Notes under the pieces: generated by a model
Seen by the model: only the letters and a program-made list of their open reading frames with translations
The model's database searches: none
Told to the model about the DNA's origin: nothing
Virus record (IMG/VR): IMGVR_UViG_2767802105_000001
Location: 17,248-81,247 of that record
Origin: a virus
Lineage: Duplodnaviria; Caudoviricetes
Length of the DNA: 64,000 bases
Reading direction: 5' to 3' (one strand)
Part shown: positions 8,101 through 17,141 of the stretch, in pieces
How the letters are laid out: each line of letters begins with the position of its first letter
How positions within the stretch are numbered: position 1 is the first letter of the stretch
Translations under genes and position numbers: made by a program

Positions 8101-10919
8101 GTGAACAGTTGCCCGAACAACTGGACTGCCGGGAGCAGGGCCATGATCACTGGGGTGAGGAACTGCACCACGCCAGTGATGACGGTGATCAGGTTTTCGC
8201 CGATCATCGCAATCAGCGGCATGATCGCCTTCAGGATCTCGGCAATCAGCAGTCCGATCGGCTGCAGCAAAGGCAGCAGCTTCACCGCCACATCGGCGAT
8301 GACACCGATAACCTCCCCAATGATCGGCATCAGCGCCTCAACCACCGGCATCAGAGCCCGGCCAAGCTCCTCGAAGACTCGCGCCAGGATCGGCCCTAGT
8401 TTCTCCGCCAACTGCTGGATCACCGGGGACATTGCGGCCAGCACCGGCAGGAACGCCTGAATCGCCGAGCCAAGCGCCCCCGCCAGCAGGCCGGCCACAG
8501 CGCTCAGCGCCGCGAAAATCTGAGTGAGGGCGGCCTGCACCTCGGGCAGCTCAATGACCCGGCGGATCTCTGCGAGTGCTGCACCGATGACACCGAAGAA
8601 GTCGCCACCTGCGGCGCCCGCGGCCTTAAAGATCCCGGCGAAGATCCCACCCAGGTCGGCGAGGACACCGCCGAACTGGACGGCGACATCAAGAGCCGTG
8701 GAGATGGCCTCCTCGAGGCGGCCATCCTTGAAGGCGTCACCCATCTTGGCCATGACGCGGTCCATGGCGCCGGCCAGGCCGCCGGTGATGCGGTCAAAGG
8801 CGGGCTGGGCGGCGACGCTCAGTTGGGCGAATCCGCTGGCGAGTTGGCCTGGAACGCGGGAGAGGTCTCCGAGGCTTACGCGGATGCCGTCGAAGACTTG
8901 GCCGAGCGTGCCCGTCCTCTCCAGGTTGGACACGGCGGAGAGCGCGTTCTGTGCCATCGTGTTCAGCTCGCCTGCCGCGCCAACAAGCCCGGCGCGGACG
9001 GTGGGCAGGATCTGCCCGCCGACGGCTTGGAGGCGGGAGCCGAGGTTGGCGAACAGGGCGTCCTGTACGTCGAGCTTCATCGCCCCCCAGGCAGGGGCCA
9101 TCGCCTGCAGGGTGCTGACGAAGGCTTGGGCGTTCGGCGACAGTTTCGCCATGGCGTCGGCGAGTGCCGATGTCTGCGTGGTCGCTGTGGTCTGTGCTTC
9201 GGCGACCTGCCGTGCCGCGTCGGCTACGGCCTGCTGGGCGTCTGCGATCTGCCGCTGCCCGTCCACCTGCGCCTTAGCAACACCGGCCTGGGCGTCGGCG
9301 AGGGACCGCTCCCGATCGGCGACCTGCTGGGTGGCGTCTGCGATCTGCTGCTTCGCGTCGACGACCGACTTCGAACCCTCCACGCCGGCCTTGTTCGCCG
9401 CGGCCGTGTCCTTCTCCAGGCGGGACAGGGACACCCGCTGTTCTTCCAGCGACTGAAGGGCGCGGTCGCGGGCCAGTTCGGCCTGCTGAATCTGGAGTTG
9501 CGTGGCGGTCGGGTCGGACCGGGTTTCCTGCAGGTCGAGTTCGGCCTGCTGTACGGCGAGGGTAGCCTCTTCCTCGGACAGGCGTCCGGCTTTGAGCTGC
9601 TGGTTGAGGTCTTGCAGGTCACGGATGGCCTGCTGCCGGACTGCGGTCAGGTCCAGTTGGGCGCGGCGGGCGTCGCGCTGGGCGCGGGTGAGGTCGCGTT
9701 CGGCGTCGGCGACCTGCCGCTGTGCCTGCTCGACCCGTTCGGCGGCTTGGGTTTGAGCGTCCTGGAGGGAGCGTTGTGCGCGGGCCAGGGAGCGCTGCGC
9801 GTTCTCGACTTGCCGGGTCGCGGAGGCAGCCTTCGAAGCCTCTGCGGCGACGGGCTGGAAGGCGGCTTTTATGGCGTCTCCGACGCCCTTGGTGCCGATC
9901 TTGATTGCTGCGAAGCCGCCGATGAGCAGGCCCAGGGCTGGTGCGGCGGTCGCCGCGAGCGGACCCATTTGGGCGATCACGGAGCCGAGCGAGACTAGCG
10001 TCGGAATGGCACCGAGGGCTGCGATACGAACCAGGCCGATGCTGCCCGCCAGCGACGTCAAACCGCCACCGGACCCCCCTGAGGTGCCGAGCGTTCCCAG
10101 GCTGCCGGTGAGGGCCGTCAGGCCGATGGAGCGGACACGCACGTTTACGGTCCGGTCTCGTGTCAGGACCGCTAGCCGGGCCGCTGCCGCCGCAGTGTCG
10201 GCGTCAGCGTTGATGGTGACGCTGCGCCTGGCCGTCAGCGCGGCGAGGCTCGCCGCCCCCACTCGGGTGTCAACATCCGCATCGATGCGGACTTGGCGGC
10301 GCTGGGTGAGGTTGCGGATCTCGTTGGCTGCGACCCGGGTGTCGACGGTGGCGCGAATGTTGACGACCCGGTCGGCGCACAGTTTGTCGAGCTGCCGCTT
10401 CGCCCGGTCGTGCGCGGCCTGCTGGATCTTCGGCAGGACGTCGACAGTGCGCTGCCCGAGAAGACCGTTGAGCTTGGCCTTGGCTGCCCCCTCGTCGACT
10501 TCGACGGACACCTTGACTTTGCGTGGCTTGGTGAGCTTGGTGAGCGCGCTGGTTGCGGCTTTGTCGTCGAGTTCCGCGGTGACCTTGACGGTGCGCTTGG
10601 CGGTGAGCCTGTCCAGCTTCGTCTTGGCAGCGCGGGTGTCCAGCCCGATGTCGAGCTTGATCTTTCGGGGGGCGGTGAGCTTGTCCAGTTTGGTCTTGGT
10701 GCCGGCCGTGTCGAGGTCGAGGCCGACCTTCACGGTTGGCTTCAGCTTCGAGACCGCGCCCCGCACCTTGCGGGTGATCGTGTCGGCGATGACGTCGCCG
10801 GCCTTGATGGCGCCAGGCCGGACGGCCTTGGGGAGGTCTTCCCGCATGGCGGTGCCGAAGCGGGACGTGTCGGGGATCAGTGAGACCCGGGTGCGTCCGA
10901 CGACTGTAGGCTCCGCCAT
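5100..10919 (-). CDS. Tape measure protein with M23 peptidase and lytic transglycosylase domains
   Basis: 1939 aa; coiled-coil and amphipathic repeats; HTGLDF...GPHLHLE (M23); QESGG...GLMQV (SLT); C-terminal IKSPSR. Confidence 0.95.
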   Translation of the reverse strand: MAEPTVVGRTRVSLIPDTSRFGTAMREDLPKAVRPGAIKAGDVIADTITRKVRGAVSKLKPTVKVGLDLDTAGTKTKLDKLTAPRKIKLDIGLDTRAAKTKLDRLTAKRTVKVTAELDDKAATSALTKLTKPRKVKVSVEVDEGAAKAKLNGLLGQRTVDVLPKIQQAAHDRAKRQLDKLCADRVVNIRATVDTRVAANEIRNLTQRRQVRIDADVDTRVGAASLAALTARRSVTINADADTAAAAARLAVLTRDRTVNVRVRSIGLTALTGSLGTLGTSGGSGGGLTSLAGSIGLVRIAALGAIPTLVSLGSVIAQMGPLAATAAPALGLLIGGFAAIKIGTKGVGDAIKAAFQPVAAEASKAASATRQVENAQRSLARAQRSLQDAQTQAAERVEQAQRQVADAERDLTRAQRDARRAQLDLTAVRQQAIRDLQDLNQQLKAGRLSEEEATLAVQQAELDLQETRSDPTATQLQIQQAELARDRALQSLEEQRVSLSRLEKDTAAANKAGVEGSKSVVDAKQQIADATQQVADRERSLADAQAGVAKAQVDGQRQIADAQQAVADAARQVAEAQTTATTQTSALADAMAKLSPNAQAFVSTLQAMAPAWGAMKLDVQDALFANLGSRLQAVGGQILPTVRAGLVGAAGELNTMAQNALSAVSNLERTGTLGQVFDGIRVSLGDLSRVPGQLASGFAQLSVAAQPAFDRITGGLAGAMDRVMAKMGDAFKDGRLEEAISTALDVAVQFGGVLADLGGIFAGIFKAAGAAGGDFFGVIGAALAEIRRVIELPEVQAALTQIFAALSAVAGLLAGALGSAIQAFLPVLAAMSPVIQQLAEKLGPILARVFEELGRALMPVVEALMPIIGEVIGVIADVAVKLLPLLQPIGLLIAEILKAIMPLIAMIGENLITVITGVVQFLTPVIMALLPAVQLFGQLFTQLAPMFAQLLPALLPLIPPLTQLALSLITLAMQVITPLMPLIVKLAGLFTKVLAAAIGFLVPIMNKVIGGITWFVDILTKGVKKIFEGFHWLWDKLLGHSIIPDIVNGTLGWFKKMWNWLRDIVTIIKNGVVAGFRALKNGAVEIWESFWGRVRSIASGAWRLVQEGWDKFAGGLTGAFKEAVKGLGKAWSGLQNLVKTPIRFWIETVYNRGVVGVWNATAAKIPGVPDLKKMAMPKGFARGGILPGWSTWRDGDDQLVPMRRGEGVYVSEVMADPYERARLHALNAAAIRGTHPAVARAQMGFAEGGILGGIKSIGSSIASHVGDALNKGKDAVRGGLATLAEKAFKPVKSGITKALGSNKSGWPGAIAGAPLNLIDKTIDYIRGKDVPEASGAWIKPVNAPYGTRFGQRGSMWSSGRHTGLDFPAKTGTKVVAVDNGTVQKVQSGGPYGKHVTVSHGGGLQSLYAHMSAMVARAGDGIKQGARIGSVGATGNVTGPHLHLEARVNGKTVDPMKYLTGGEGGSGVQRWTGVVRQALGDLRQSVSLVSTTLRRMNQESGGDPRAVNRWDSNWKAGHPSVGLMQVIRGTFAAYAGKYKKTGPFMYGVSVDPMANIYASMRYALARYGSLSKAYNRPGGYARGGVVGIRRGLPRGYTSGGIIKVGGKKIDTGPTAAAVGGDFLKALTGTAAAINTAMTKVATAIKNAFKGVKTTLDDKLLKQIATTNTKLQALSKQRDAIAAKITAAKELAKTTTEGANSFASMTGLPSAGNTFNAGGILAGLNVRLGQLKKFGANIKLLGERGLNKTLLQQIITAGPEQGAAYAQALVDATPAELKDINAAQSAISKAATSLGLGAADAMYDAGTASGKGYLTGLQSTQKLIELQMQILARSVQASIKQSLKIKSPSRVLHALGRFTGQGFAQGVAASVPDAEAATLRMANAVRATASATTARVQNSQTIRNGGDRVLNYNALVREVASRKSVNDALAMDEMLHRTVVMG

Positions 10920-10934
10920 GTCAGCCTCCCTCCC

Positions 10935-11438
10935 CTATCCGTGTGCTGCGTCGAGCTCGGCGAGCCGCGCCCGCCACTCTTCGATCTCTGCCTGGTCGTC
11001 CTCCCGGGCTTGTGCCGGGGAGAACCCGTCCAGGTACTGCTCGGCCCGCTGCCGGGCCTGCTCCTTGGCCGCGTCGTCTGCCTCGTGGGCCTCCAGTACG
11101 GGCGGCTGGATGGGCTCCATCTCCGGCGGCCGGCCTTTCAAGTGGGCGGACCAGAGGATCCGGATGAGCATGAGGAGGGCGTTGTACTGGGCTGCGGCGA
11201 GGAAGGTGGCGGAGTCCCAGCGGCGTCCTTCCGTGTCGCCTGCGATGGCGGCCTTGGTGGCGGATTCCTCGGGGAGGGCGACGACGAGGTCGCGTAGTTC
11301 GGCCCAGTTCATCGAGCCCTCCCCCCACGACATGGCCCAGAACTCCTCTAGGCGACGGCCTGGGTAGTACCGCTGGAGGTCGGCGCGGAGGCTCCCGGCG
11401 TGCTGTCGGAGGACGTCGAGGAGCCACTGCCTTCCCCC
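10935..11438 (-). CDS. Tail assembly chaperone, frameshifted (GT) C-terminal part
   Basis: -1 frame from slippery GGGGGAA reads GRQWLLDVLRQHAGSLRADLQRYY... into the 10935..11333 ORF. Confidence 0.85.
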   Translation of the reverse strand, partial: GGRQWLLDVLRQHAGSLRADLQRYYPGRRLEEFWAMSWGEGSMNWAELRDLVVALPEESATKAAIAGDTEGRRWDSATFLAAAQYNALLMLIRILWSAHLKGRPPEMEPIQPPVLEAHEADDAAKEQARQRAEQYLDGFSPAQAREDDQAEIEEWRARLAELDAAHG

Positions 11439-11761
11439 TCCGTCGTCCCGGCCTCGTCGGAGAGGTCTTCGACGATGGCCTTGAGTTCGCCGACGGTGAG
11501 CTTGCCGACGCGGACGAGCCGGTCGAAGGACTCGGGGGGTACGGCGACCTGGCGGAGGAGTCCGATGTTGGCGTCGCCGCCGTCCTTCTCGACGGCTTCG
11601 ATGACTTCGACGGGCCAGTCGTCCTGGGTGGGCAGGGTGCAGGTCTCGTCCTGGCCGTGCTCGTTCTCGAAGACGATGTCGACGAACTGGACCTTGGCTG
11701 CGGCGGCACGCTGGGCGCGCATCTGCTGGAGGCGGACGACCTTGCGGTTGGGCTTGGACAT
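11348..11761 (-). CDS. Tail assembly chaperone (G)
   Basis: MSKPNRK start with AAGGA RBS; between major tail and tape measure genes; contains slippery site. Confidence 0.85.
   Translation of the reverse strand: MSKPNRKVVRLQQMRAQRAAAAKVQFVDIVFENEHGQDETCTLPTQDDWPVEVIEAVEKDGGDANIGLLRQVAVPPESFDRLVRVGKLTVGELKAIVEDLSDEAGTTEGEGSGSSTSSDSTPGASAPTSSGTTQAVA
11432..11438 (-). other. Programmed -1 ribosomal frameshift site GGGGGAA
   Basis: G GGG GAA in frame 0; -1 frame open to 10935. Confidence 0.85.
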
Positions 11762-11852
11762 GGCTGGGGTTCCTTCTGGGCGGGGGCGTGCAGGTGGTCC
11801 GTCGTGCCGCCCCCGCCCAAGGGATTGAGCGCGACGGACCACCAGTCGGGGG

Positions 11853-12452
11853 TTACGGCGTTTCGGGGGCGGGCAGCACCACGTCGGTGATCATGTGCTG
11901 GACGGACTGGGCTCCGCCCGGCGCGGCGAGCGCGGTGAACGTCATGCCGAAGTTCGAAGACTCCTCGGAGGAGTGCTTGACGGCCTCGCGGTCGGACACG
12001 CCACAGCGGGCGATCATGATGCGGTGCCGCTTCCCCGACATGATCACGTCGAGGCCCAGGGCGATCTCCACCGTGTCGTTCACCGACCCTGACCCGAAGG
12101 AGATGAACTGCCGCTTCGCCGCAGGCGTGGTCACGGCCGCCGTCGACGTCATCGCCGCCAGCCGCACCTGGTAGTACAGGCTCAGGTTGTAGGCGTTCGT
12201 CTCCCGGAACACCAGCTTGAACGTCTGCGTCCTCTTACGGGCGAGGTCGACGACCGGGGCGTCCTCACCCCACGCGTCGAGCTGCGTCCGCTCCTCCTCC
12301 AGCGCCTCCTCCAGGCCGTCCGGGGTGATGAACCCCATGTCGGTGAAGTCGGCGCCCCACGGCTCCTCCGGCCCGGTCGGGAAGGTCGCCCCGACCTCGG
12401 CCCTGTACGCCTTGCCGGCTGTGCCGACGATGATGTTTGCTGCGTCGCCCAC
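11853..12452 (-). CDS. Major tail protein
   Basis: 199 aa; DMGFITPDGL...AWG motif of actinophage tail tube proteins. Confidence 0.9.
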   Translation of the reverse strand: MGDAANIIVGTAGKAYRAEVGATFPTGPEEPWGADFTDMGFITPDGLEEALEEERTQLDAWGEDAPVVDLARKRTQTFKLVFRETNAYNLSLYYQVRLAAMTSTAAVTTPAAKRQFISFGSGSVNDTVEIALGLDVIMSGKRHRIMIARCGVSDREAVKHSSEESSNFGMTFTALAAPGGAQSVQHMITDVVLPAPETP

Positions 12453-12462
12453 GGTGGGCCTC

Positions 12463-12894
12463 CTAGCTGGTCGATCGGGGTGGGCTGACGCTCATCCCCA
12501 GAGTCATCCCGACCCGCCAGAGGTCGGTGTTCGGGTCTTCGGGACGGTCCTGTGGGCCGGTCTCCTGGCTGACGCCGGTGACGATCCCGTCCGGGGTGGC
12601 CTGGCCGGGCAGCAGCTCCCACTCGGCGCACACGCGGCGGGCGAGCTGCATTGCCAGCGCGTCGGTGGCGGCGTAGCAGTCGACGGAGAACCGGGGGTTG
12701 TCCCGGCTGGCCGGGTCCGCCCAGCCGCGCATGTCGGCGACGCCGCCGATCCGCAGCACCCTGACGACAGGCAGTACCGCGGTGAGCGTCTTGCCCGCGG
12801 GCAGGACACCTGTGACGTGCACGCCATCCAGGGCGGCTGACAGCAGGTCGATGGCGACCTGCTTGCCGTCGGGGAGGACCAGCGGCGTCGCCAT
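12463..12894 (-). CDS. Tail terminator
   Basis: MATPLVLPD start; RIGG and VDCYA motifs; directly upstream of major tail gene. Confidence 0.75.
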   Translation of the reverse strand: MATPLVLPDGKQVAIDLLSAALDGVHVTGVLPAGKTLTAVLPVVRVLRIGGVADMRGWADPASRDNPRFSVDCYAATDALAMQLARRVCAEWELLPGQATPDGIVTGVSQETGPQDRPEDPNTDLWRVGMTLGMSVSPPRSTS

Positions 12895-12895
12895 G

Positions 12896-13219
12896 TCAGG
12901 CCTTGGATCCGGCGGTGGTCTTGGTCGCGTAGTCCTGCAGCTCCGTCTTGGTGGCCTTATCGGCGTCGGCCTGCTCCATGCCGAGGTGGACGGCGTAGGT
13001 GCGCCACTCGTCGACCTTCGCCCCATCGGCGGGCCGCGGGAGCGGGCCGGCCGCGGCGGTCGGGGTGGTGGACTCACCCGAGGGGACGGGTTCGCCGACC
13101 TGCTCGGCGAAACCCTTCCAGCGGTGCACCTCGTCCGCCGGGACTTCGATCACGTCTCCGGGCTTCTTGTCGCCCCGCCAGAACGTGAGCTTCATCTTCA
13201 CGACGTCGCCGTCAGCCAT
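12896..13219 (-). CDS. Hypothetical protein with HeH/Rho-N-like helical repeat
   Basis: GAAGGAG RBS; C-terminal WRTYAVHLGM...ATKTELQ motif. Confidence 0.7.
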   Translation of the reverse strand: MADGDVVKMKLTFWRGDKKPGDVIEVPADEVHRWKGFAEQVGEPVPSGESTTPTAAAGPLPRPADGAKVDEWRTYAVHLGMEQADADKATKTELQDYATKTTAGSKA

Positions 13220-13233
13220 GATCTTCTCCTTCA

Positions 13234-13572
13234 TCAGTGATCGCCGCCGGCAGCGTCAAGTGCGTGACCGAGCGTGTAGTGGGGGCGATGGATCGCACGG
13301 CCGTGGCGGTCCCGCTGCGTCGTGCCGTGCTCGACGTAGTAGGAGTGCGGGGCGTCTGCGTCGACGTGCCGGGTGCCGTCCTGGTCTGGCTGCTCGACGG
13401 CGTGGATGCTGTCGCGGAACTCGCCCGTGTAGACGGGCGCCGTGGCGATGGCCACGGCCTCGACGCGCTTCATGCGTCCCGTCAGGTCGTCCTGCACGGC
13501 ATCGTCGAGGGGCAGCTCGAACTCTATTGCCTCGGTGTCGATCTCTACGTCGATCTGGACTCGGGTGGCCAT
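13234..13572 (-). CDS. HK97 gp10-like neck protein
   Basis: APVYTGEFRDSI...YVEHGT motif; TGATG coupling. Confidence 0.8.
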   Translation of the reverse strand: MATRVQIDVEIDTEAIEFELPLDDAVQDDLTGRMKRVEAVAIATAPVYTGEFRDSIHAVEQPDQDGTRHVDADAPHSYYVEHGTTQRDRHGRAIHRPHYTLGHALDAAGGDH

Positions 13573-13913
13573 CAGCCCGCCACCTCCCGCAGGTTGACGA
13601 CCTGCCCGGCCAGCGGCCCGGCAGCCTGCGGGTCGGAGGGGACGCCGTCGACCTCCCACGTGCGGCCCTGCCAGGACACCCGCATCCACTCCGTCACCAC
13701 GATCGGTGCGCGCGCAGGAAGGTCCAGGCGGGCCGTCGTCACCGTCTGGTCGGAGGCGTTCCTCGTCTCCGACGTGCCGGTAAAGTCGACGGTGCAGCCG
13801 GAGACCGGCGTCGGGTCGGCGTGCTCCCAGTCCCGCACCTTGGCGTTGTAGGAGCCGTCGATCAGCGGGGCGTCCAGCACGGTGACCGTCTGGCGGCCGA
13901 TGTTGTACGGCAT
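13572..13913 (-). CDS. Head-tail stopper/closure protein
   Basis: 113 aa; GRTWEVDGVP motif; synteny. Confidence 0.75.
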   Translation of the reverse strand: MPYNIGRQTVTVLDAPLIDGSYNAKVRDWEHADPTPVSGCTVDFTGTSETRNASDQTVTTARLDLPARAPIVVTEWMRVSWQGRTWEVDGVPSDPQAAGPLAGQVVNLREVAG

Positions 13914-14293
13914 CAGCCCCACGTCCAGACGAAGCCATGGAACAAGCCGGACACCTTCAGCACGTCGGCCGCGGACTGCGTCAGCCGCTGGCCGCTACCG
14001 CTGCTGTCGCCGTCCCGCGGTGCGCGCCGCGTGAACGACCGCTGCCCGGTCGACATGGACTGCAGATCGTCCTGGGCGCCAGTCTCGTCGTCCCGGTCGA
14101 TCAGCCAGTGGACCTGCCGCACACAGGCCCGCGACAGGACTTCCAGCACCTCGGGGTCGTCGCGGTCGTATGCGAGGCCGTACAGCGCCCTGTCGATCGC
14201 CGTGGACGCCCGCTCCAACAGGCGCACAGCATTCTCCGGCGCAGGCTCTGGGGCGAGCCACGCCTCCAGGTCGCTGACGGTCGCATACGCCAT
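13913..14293 (-). CDS. Head-tail adaptor
   Basis: MAYATVSDL N-terminus; LLERASTAID. Confidence 0.8.
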   Translation of the reverse strand: MAYATVSDLEAWLAPEPAPENAVRLLERASTAIDRALYGLAYDRDDPEVLEVLSRACVRQVHWLIDRDDETGAQDDLQSMSTGQRSFTRRAPRDGDSSGSGQRLTQSAADVLKVSGLFHGFVWTWG

Positions 14294-14296
14294 GGA

Positions 14297-14974
14297 TCAG
14301 CCCTCCGACCCGCTGTTGGCGTCCTCGTGGACCTGCACCCAGTCCTGCAGCTCCTGCTTGGTCGCCGCGGTCGCCTCGTCCTCGGGCATGCCGAGGGACA
14401 CGGCGTAGGCACGCCAGTCGGCGACCTCGTCGGTGCTCTTCGGCCGGCTCACGTCGCTGCTGGAGTCGGTGCCCTCGGTGTCGACCGGCGGCTCGGTGCT
14501 CTCGACGGTGGCTACCTCGAGCGGTGCCGGCTCACCGTGGGCATCATTCGGGCGGCCGTCGACGGCGGCGTGATCGGGGCCTTCCACGCCTTCGCCTGCG
14601 TCACCGACGACGCCGGTGTCCACGTCTTCCACGGCCTCGACCCACTCGATGAGCTGGCTCTTGGTCATGGTGGACGCCTTGGTGGCGAGCAGACCGAGGG
14701 ACACCGCGTAGGTAGCCCACGTACCCGCGTGGTCATCCGGCTCAGGACGGTCCGGGGCCAACCGCACGTTCCGGCCGACTCGGGTGGCAGCGGGCGCGTC
14801 CGCACCGTGCTGAATGACCTGCGGCTGCACGCTGCGGTCCGGGTCGAACAGCGGCTCGCCGTCCTCGACGAGGCGGAGCTCGCCACGGTCGACCTGGGCA
14901 GCCATCTCCGGCGCCAAGGGCTCGTCCAGGTGCAACCGCATGCCGCCCGCGCCGACGTACTCGCGGGCCACCAT
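14297..14974 (-). CDS. Acidic hypothetical protein with two HeH/Rho-N-like repeats
   Basis: TGATG-coupled MVAREY start; WATYAVSLG...TKSQLI and WRAYAVSLGM...TKQELQ. Confidence 0.7.
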   Translation of the reverse strand: MVAREYVGAGGMRLHLDEPLAPEMAAQVDRGELRLVEDGEPLFDPDRSVQPQVIQHGADAPAATRVGRNVRLAPDRPEPDDHAGTWATYAVSLGLLATKASTMTKSQLIEWVEAVEDVDTGVVGDAGEGVEGPDHAAVDGRPNDAHGEPAPLEVATVESTEPPVDTEGTDSSSDVSRPKSTDEVADWRAYAVSLGMPEDEATAATKQELQDWVQVHEDANSGSEG

Positions 14975-15348
14975 CACAGGCTCCGGGCGAGCTTGAACGC
15001 GGTGATGGTGCCAGTGAAGCCGGACTCGAAGTCGATGTTGAGCTTGCCGCCGTGCTGCAGGTAGCGGGCCTCGGAGAAAGGGCCGATCCAGCGGGTGCCG
15101 GACGCTCCGACGGACACCTCGGTGTCGCCCTGGGTGCGCATCCATGCGGGCCCGTCCTTGCCACCTGCACGGACGGTGACCTTCTTGGCGGAGCCGGCCG
15201 AGTTGGCGACCCGCAGCATGGTGCGGGACGGGTCGGCAGAGTTGATGACGACACCGTTGGTGACGAGAGTCGCGTCGATGGCGGTGCCAGTCGGGTCGGC
15301 GACATCGGAGCCGCCGAGAGTGGTCGGGGTGAGAGCAGTGCGCGCCAC
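14974..15348 (-). CDS. Virion structural protein (possible capsid decoration)
   Basis: GTG start with AGGAGG RBS; beta-rich 124 aa right after capsid gene. Confidence 0.6.
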   Translation of the reverse strand: MARTALTPTTLGGSDVADPTGTAIDATLVTNGVVINSADPSRTMLRVANSAGSAKKVTVRAGGKDGPAWMRTQGDTEVSVGASGTRWIGPFSEARYLQHGGKLNIDFESGFTGTITAFKLARSL

Positions 15349-15396
15349 GATTCCTCCTGTAAGAGCGCGAACGAGAATCACGAAGAACGGGAGGGA

Positions 15397-16257
15397 TCAG
15401 GCCGAGGGGTCGACGTAGGCGACGGCGATGCCCTCGGGGCGCAGGAGCTTGGCGCCGTAGACGTGCAGGCCGCGGACGGCGTCGGCGATCGTCGACTCCA
15501 GGCGCAGCGCCTCGGTCTCGAGGATCTGATCCACGAAGGTGAGCGCGCCCGGGTAGCCGGCCTGGATGACCTGGGTGTCGCCGGACGGGTTCGGGGTGAC
15601 GTTCGACTCGAGGACGTCGAATCCGGCGGCGCGGCCGACGATGCCGTTGCGGAGGCCCTGCTCGCTGCCGGAGGCGTCGACGCGGACGAACCGGTCGTCC
15701 TGCAGCAGCGCGCCGGTGAACTCGGGGCTGACGACGACGTAGCGGTCCATGGCGGGGACGTTGGCCCGGTTCAGCTTGGTCCGCAGCGGGATCAGCACCT
15801 TGTCCCAGGCATCCTTGGGACTGGTGGTGATGTTGATCGGAGAGCCGGTGGAGCCGACGACGTTCGACGGGGCGACGCCGGTGTACAGGCTGGCGACGTA
15901 CCGGTCGGCCTGGGCGGCGAGCTTGCGTGCCGCACGCTGCGTGGTCTTGGCCATCGGATTGACGGCGACCTGGGCCTTGTCGACGTCGTCGAGCTTGAAC
16001 GCGAACGCGTCGCCCTGGTCGATGGGCAAGTCCAGGCCGGCGGTATCGATGTCCTCGTAGTTGATCGTGTCGCCGGACTTGTACGGGAAGATCGACGGGT
16101 CGCCGATGGTGACGATGCGGACCGACTGGCCCTGCGAGGTGATCTCGCCTTCGTAGTCGCGGTTGACGATCTGCGGCTGCGCGTAGACGAGGGCTTCATC
16201 CAGGCCCGTCAGGATCTGGGCGGACCAGATCTGGGGCTTGAACAGCGCGACGGACAT
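15397..16257 (-). CDS. Major capsid protein
   Basis: FKPQIWSA, NRDYEGEI, GLHVYGAKLLRPE motifs. Confidence 0.92.
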   Translation of the reverse strand: MSVALFKPQIWSAQILTGLDEALVYAQPQIVNRDYEGEITSQGQSVRIVTIGDPSIFPYKSGDTINYEDIDTAGLDLPIDQGDAFAFKLDDVDKAQVAVNPMAKTTQRAARKLAAQADRYVASLYTGVAPSNVVGSTGSPINITTSPKDAWDKVLIPLRTKLNRANVPAMDRYVVVSPEFTGALLQDDRFVRVDASGSEQGLRNGIVGRAAGFDVLESNVTPNPSGDTQVIQAGYPGALTFVDQILETEALRLESTIADAVRGLHVYGAKLLRPEGIAVAYVDPSA

Positions 16258-16267
16258 GGAGGCTTCC

Positions 16268-17071
16268 TTATCCGGCCTTACCGCTGAGGTAGCTGTCGAG
16301 CCGTCCTTCGGCGAGGGCCTTGGAGATCTGCGATGGGGTCATTCGGTCGACGTCCGCCTTGCTGAGCTGCCGCTTGCCGCCTGGCGCCCCGTCCATCGGT
16401 GCCCCGCCCGCGGGGGTGGGGTCCGGCCCCTTCGGCTCGCTGGGCGCCTTGGCCGCGAGCTTGGAGTTGCCGTCCACCGCTGTCTTCACGGCCTTGCCGA
16501 CCTGCTCGTCGAAGTCGGCCGCGGAAGGGTCGAGCTTGGCGATGGCCTTGGCGAAGGTGCGTGAGTCGAGGAGGGCGTCGGGGTCGCCGCCGTGCTTCCC
16601 GGCCGTCTTGTAGACGGCGAGCTCCACCTGCGTCTGGCGGGCGGCTTCGCGGGACGCCTTGGTCTCTCCGCGGGCCTCTTCCAGTTGCTGGGCGAGCTCT
16701 TCGGGGGTGGGCGGCTTCTCCTCGTCGGTCTCCAGCCCGAACGCCTTGGCCACCCGCTTCATGAGGGTGTCCTGGTCGTCCTTGGCCTTCTTCTCCAGGG
16801 CTTCGCGCTTGGCCTTCTCGGCTGCGACGTCGCCGCGGAGGTTTTCGACGAGGCGCTCGAACTTGGCGGGGTCGAATTCGCCCTCGAACTTGGGGGTCTT
16901 CCCCTTGGGCTCGTCGGCGGGCTTCGGCTCGGTGGGTTCGGGCTTGGCGGGTGTGGCGGGTGCGGTCGGCTCTGGCGGAGTCGGCGCGGGGGTGCCTTCG
17001 GACGGCTGCGGGTTGGCCGGCTGGCTGCTCGGTTCCGCGGGCGTGTTCTCGGGCTGGGCGGGGGTCGACAT
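16268..17071 (-). CDS. Capsid scaffolding protein
   Basis: Pro/Glu-rich N-terminus, coiled coil, DALLDSRTF; directly upstream of capsid gene. Confidence 0.85.
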   Translation of the reverse strand: MSTPAQPENTPAEPSSQPANPQPSEGTPAPTPPEPTAPATPAKPEPTEPKPADEPKGKTPKFEGEFDPAKFERLVENLRGDVAAEKAKREALEKKAKDDQDTLMKRVAKAFGLETDEEKPPTPEELAQQLEEARGETKASREAARQTQVELAVYKTAGKHGGDPDALLDSRTFAKAIAKLDPSAADFDEQVGKAVKTAVDGNSKLAAKAPSEPKGPDPTPAGGAPMDGAPGGKRQLSKADVDRMTPSQISKALAEGRLDSYLSGKAG

Positions 17072-17141
17072 CGGTGCCTCCTTGGGCGGCCGGTGCGGGT
17101 CGGCGATGCCTTGATCGCCTAAGCGTTGGCCATGATGTTAA

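Noticed and set aside
10921-11820. 299-aa ORF as the tail chaperone fusion
   Set aside because: Wrong frame and low complexity; the real extension is the frame containing ADLQRYY
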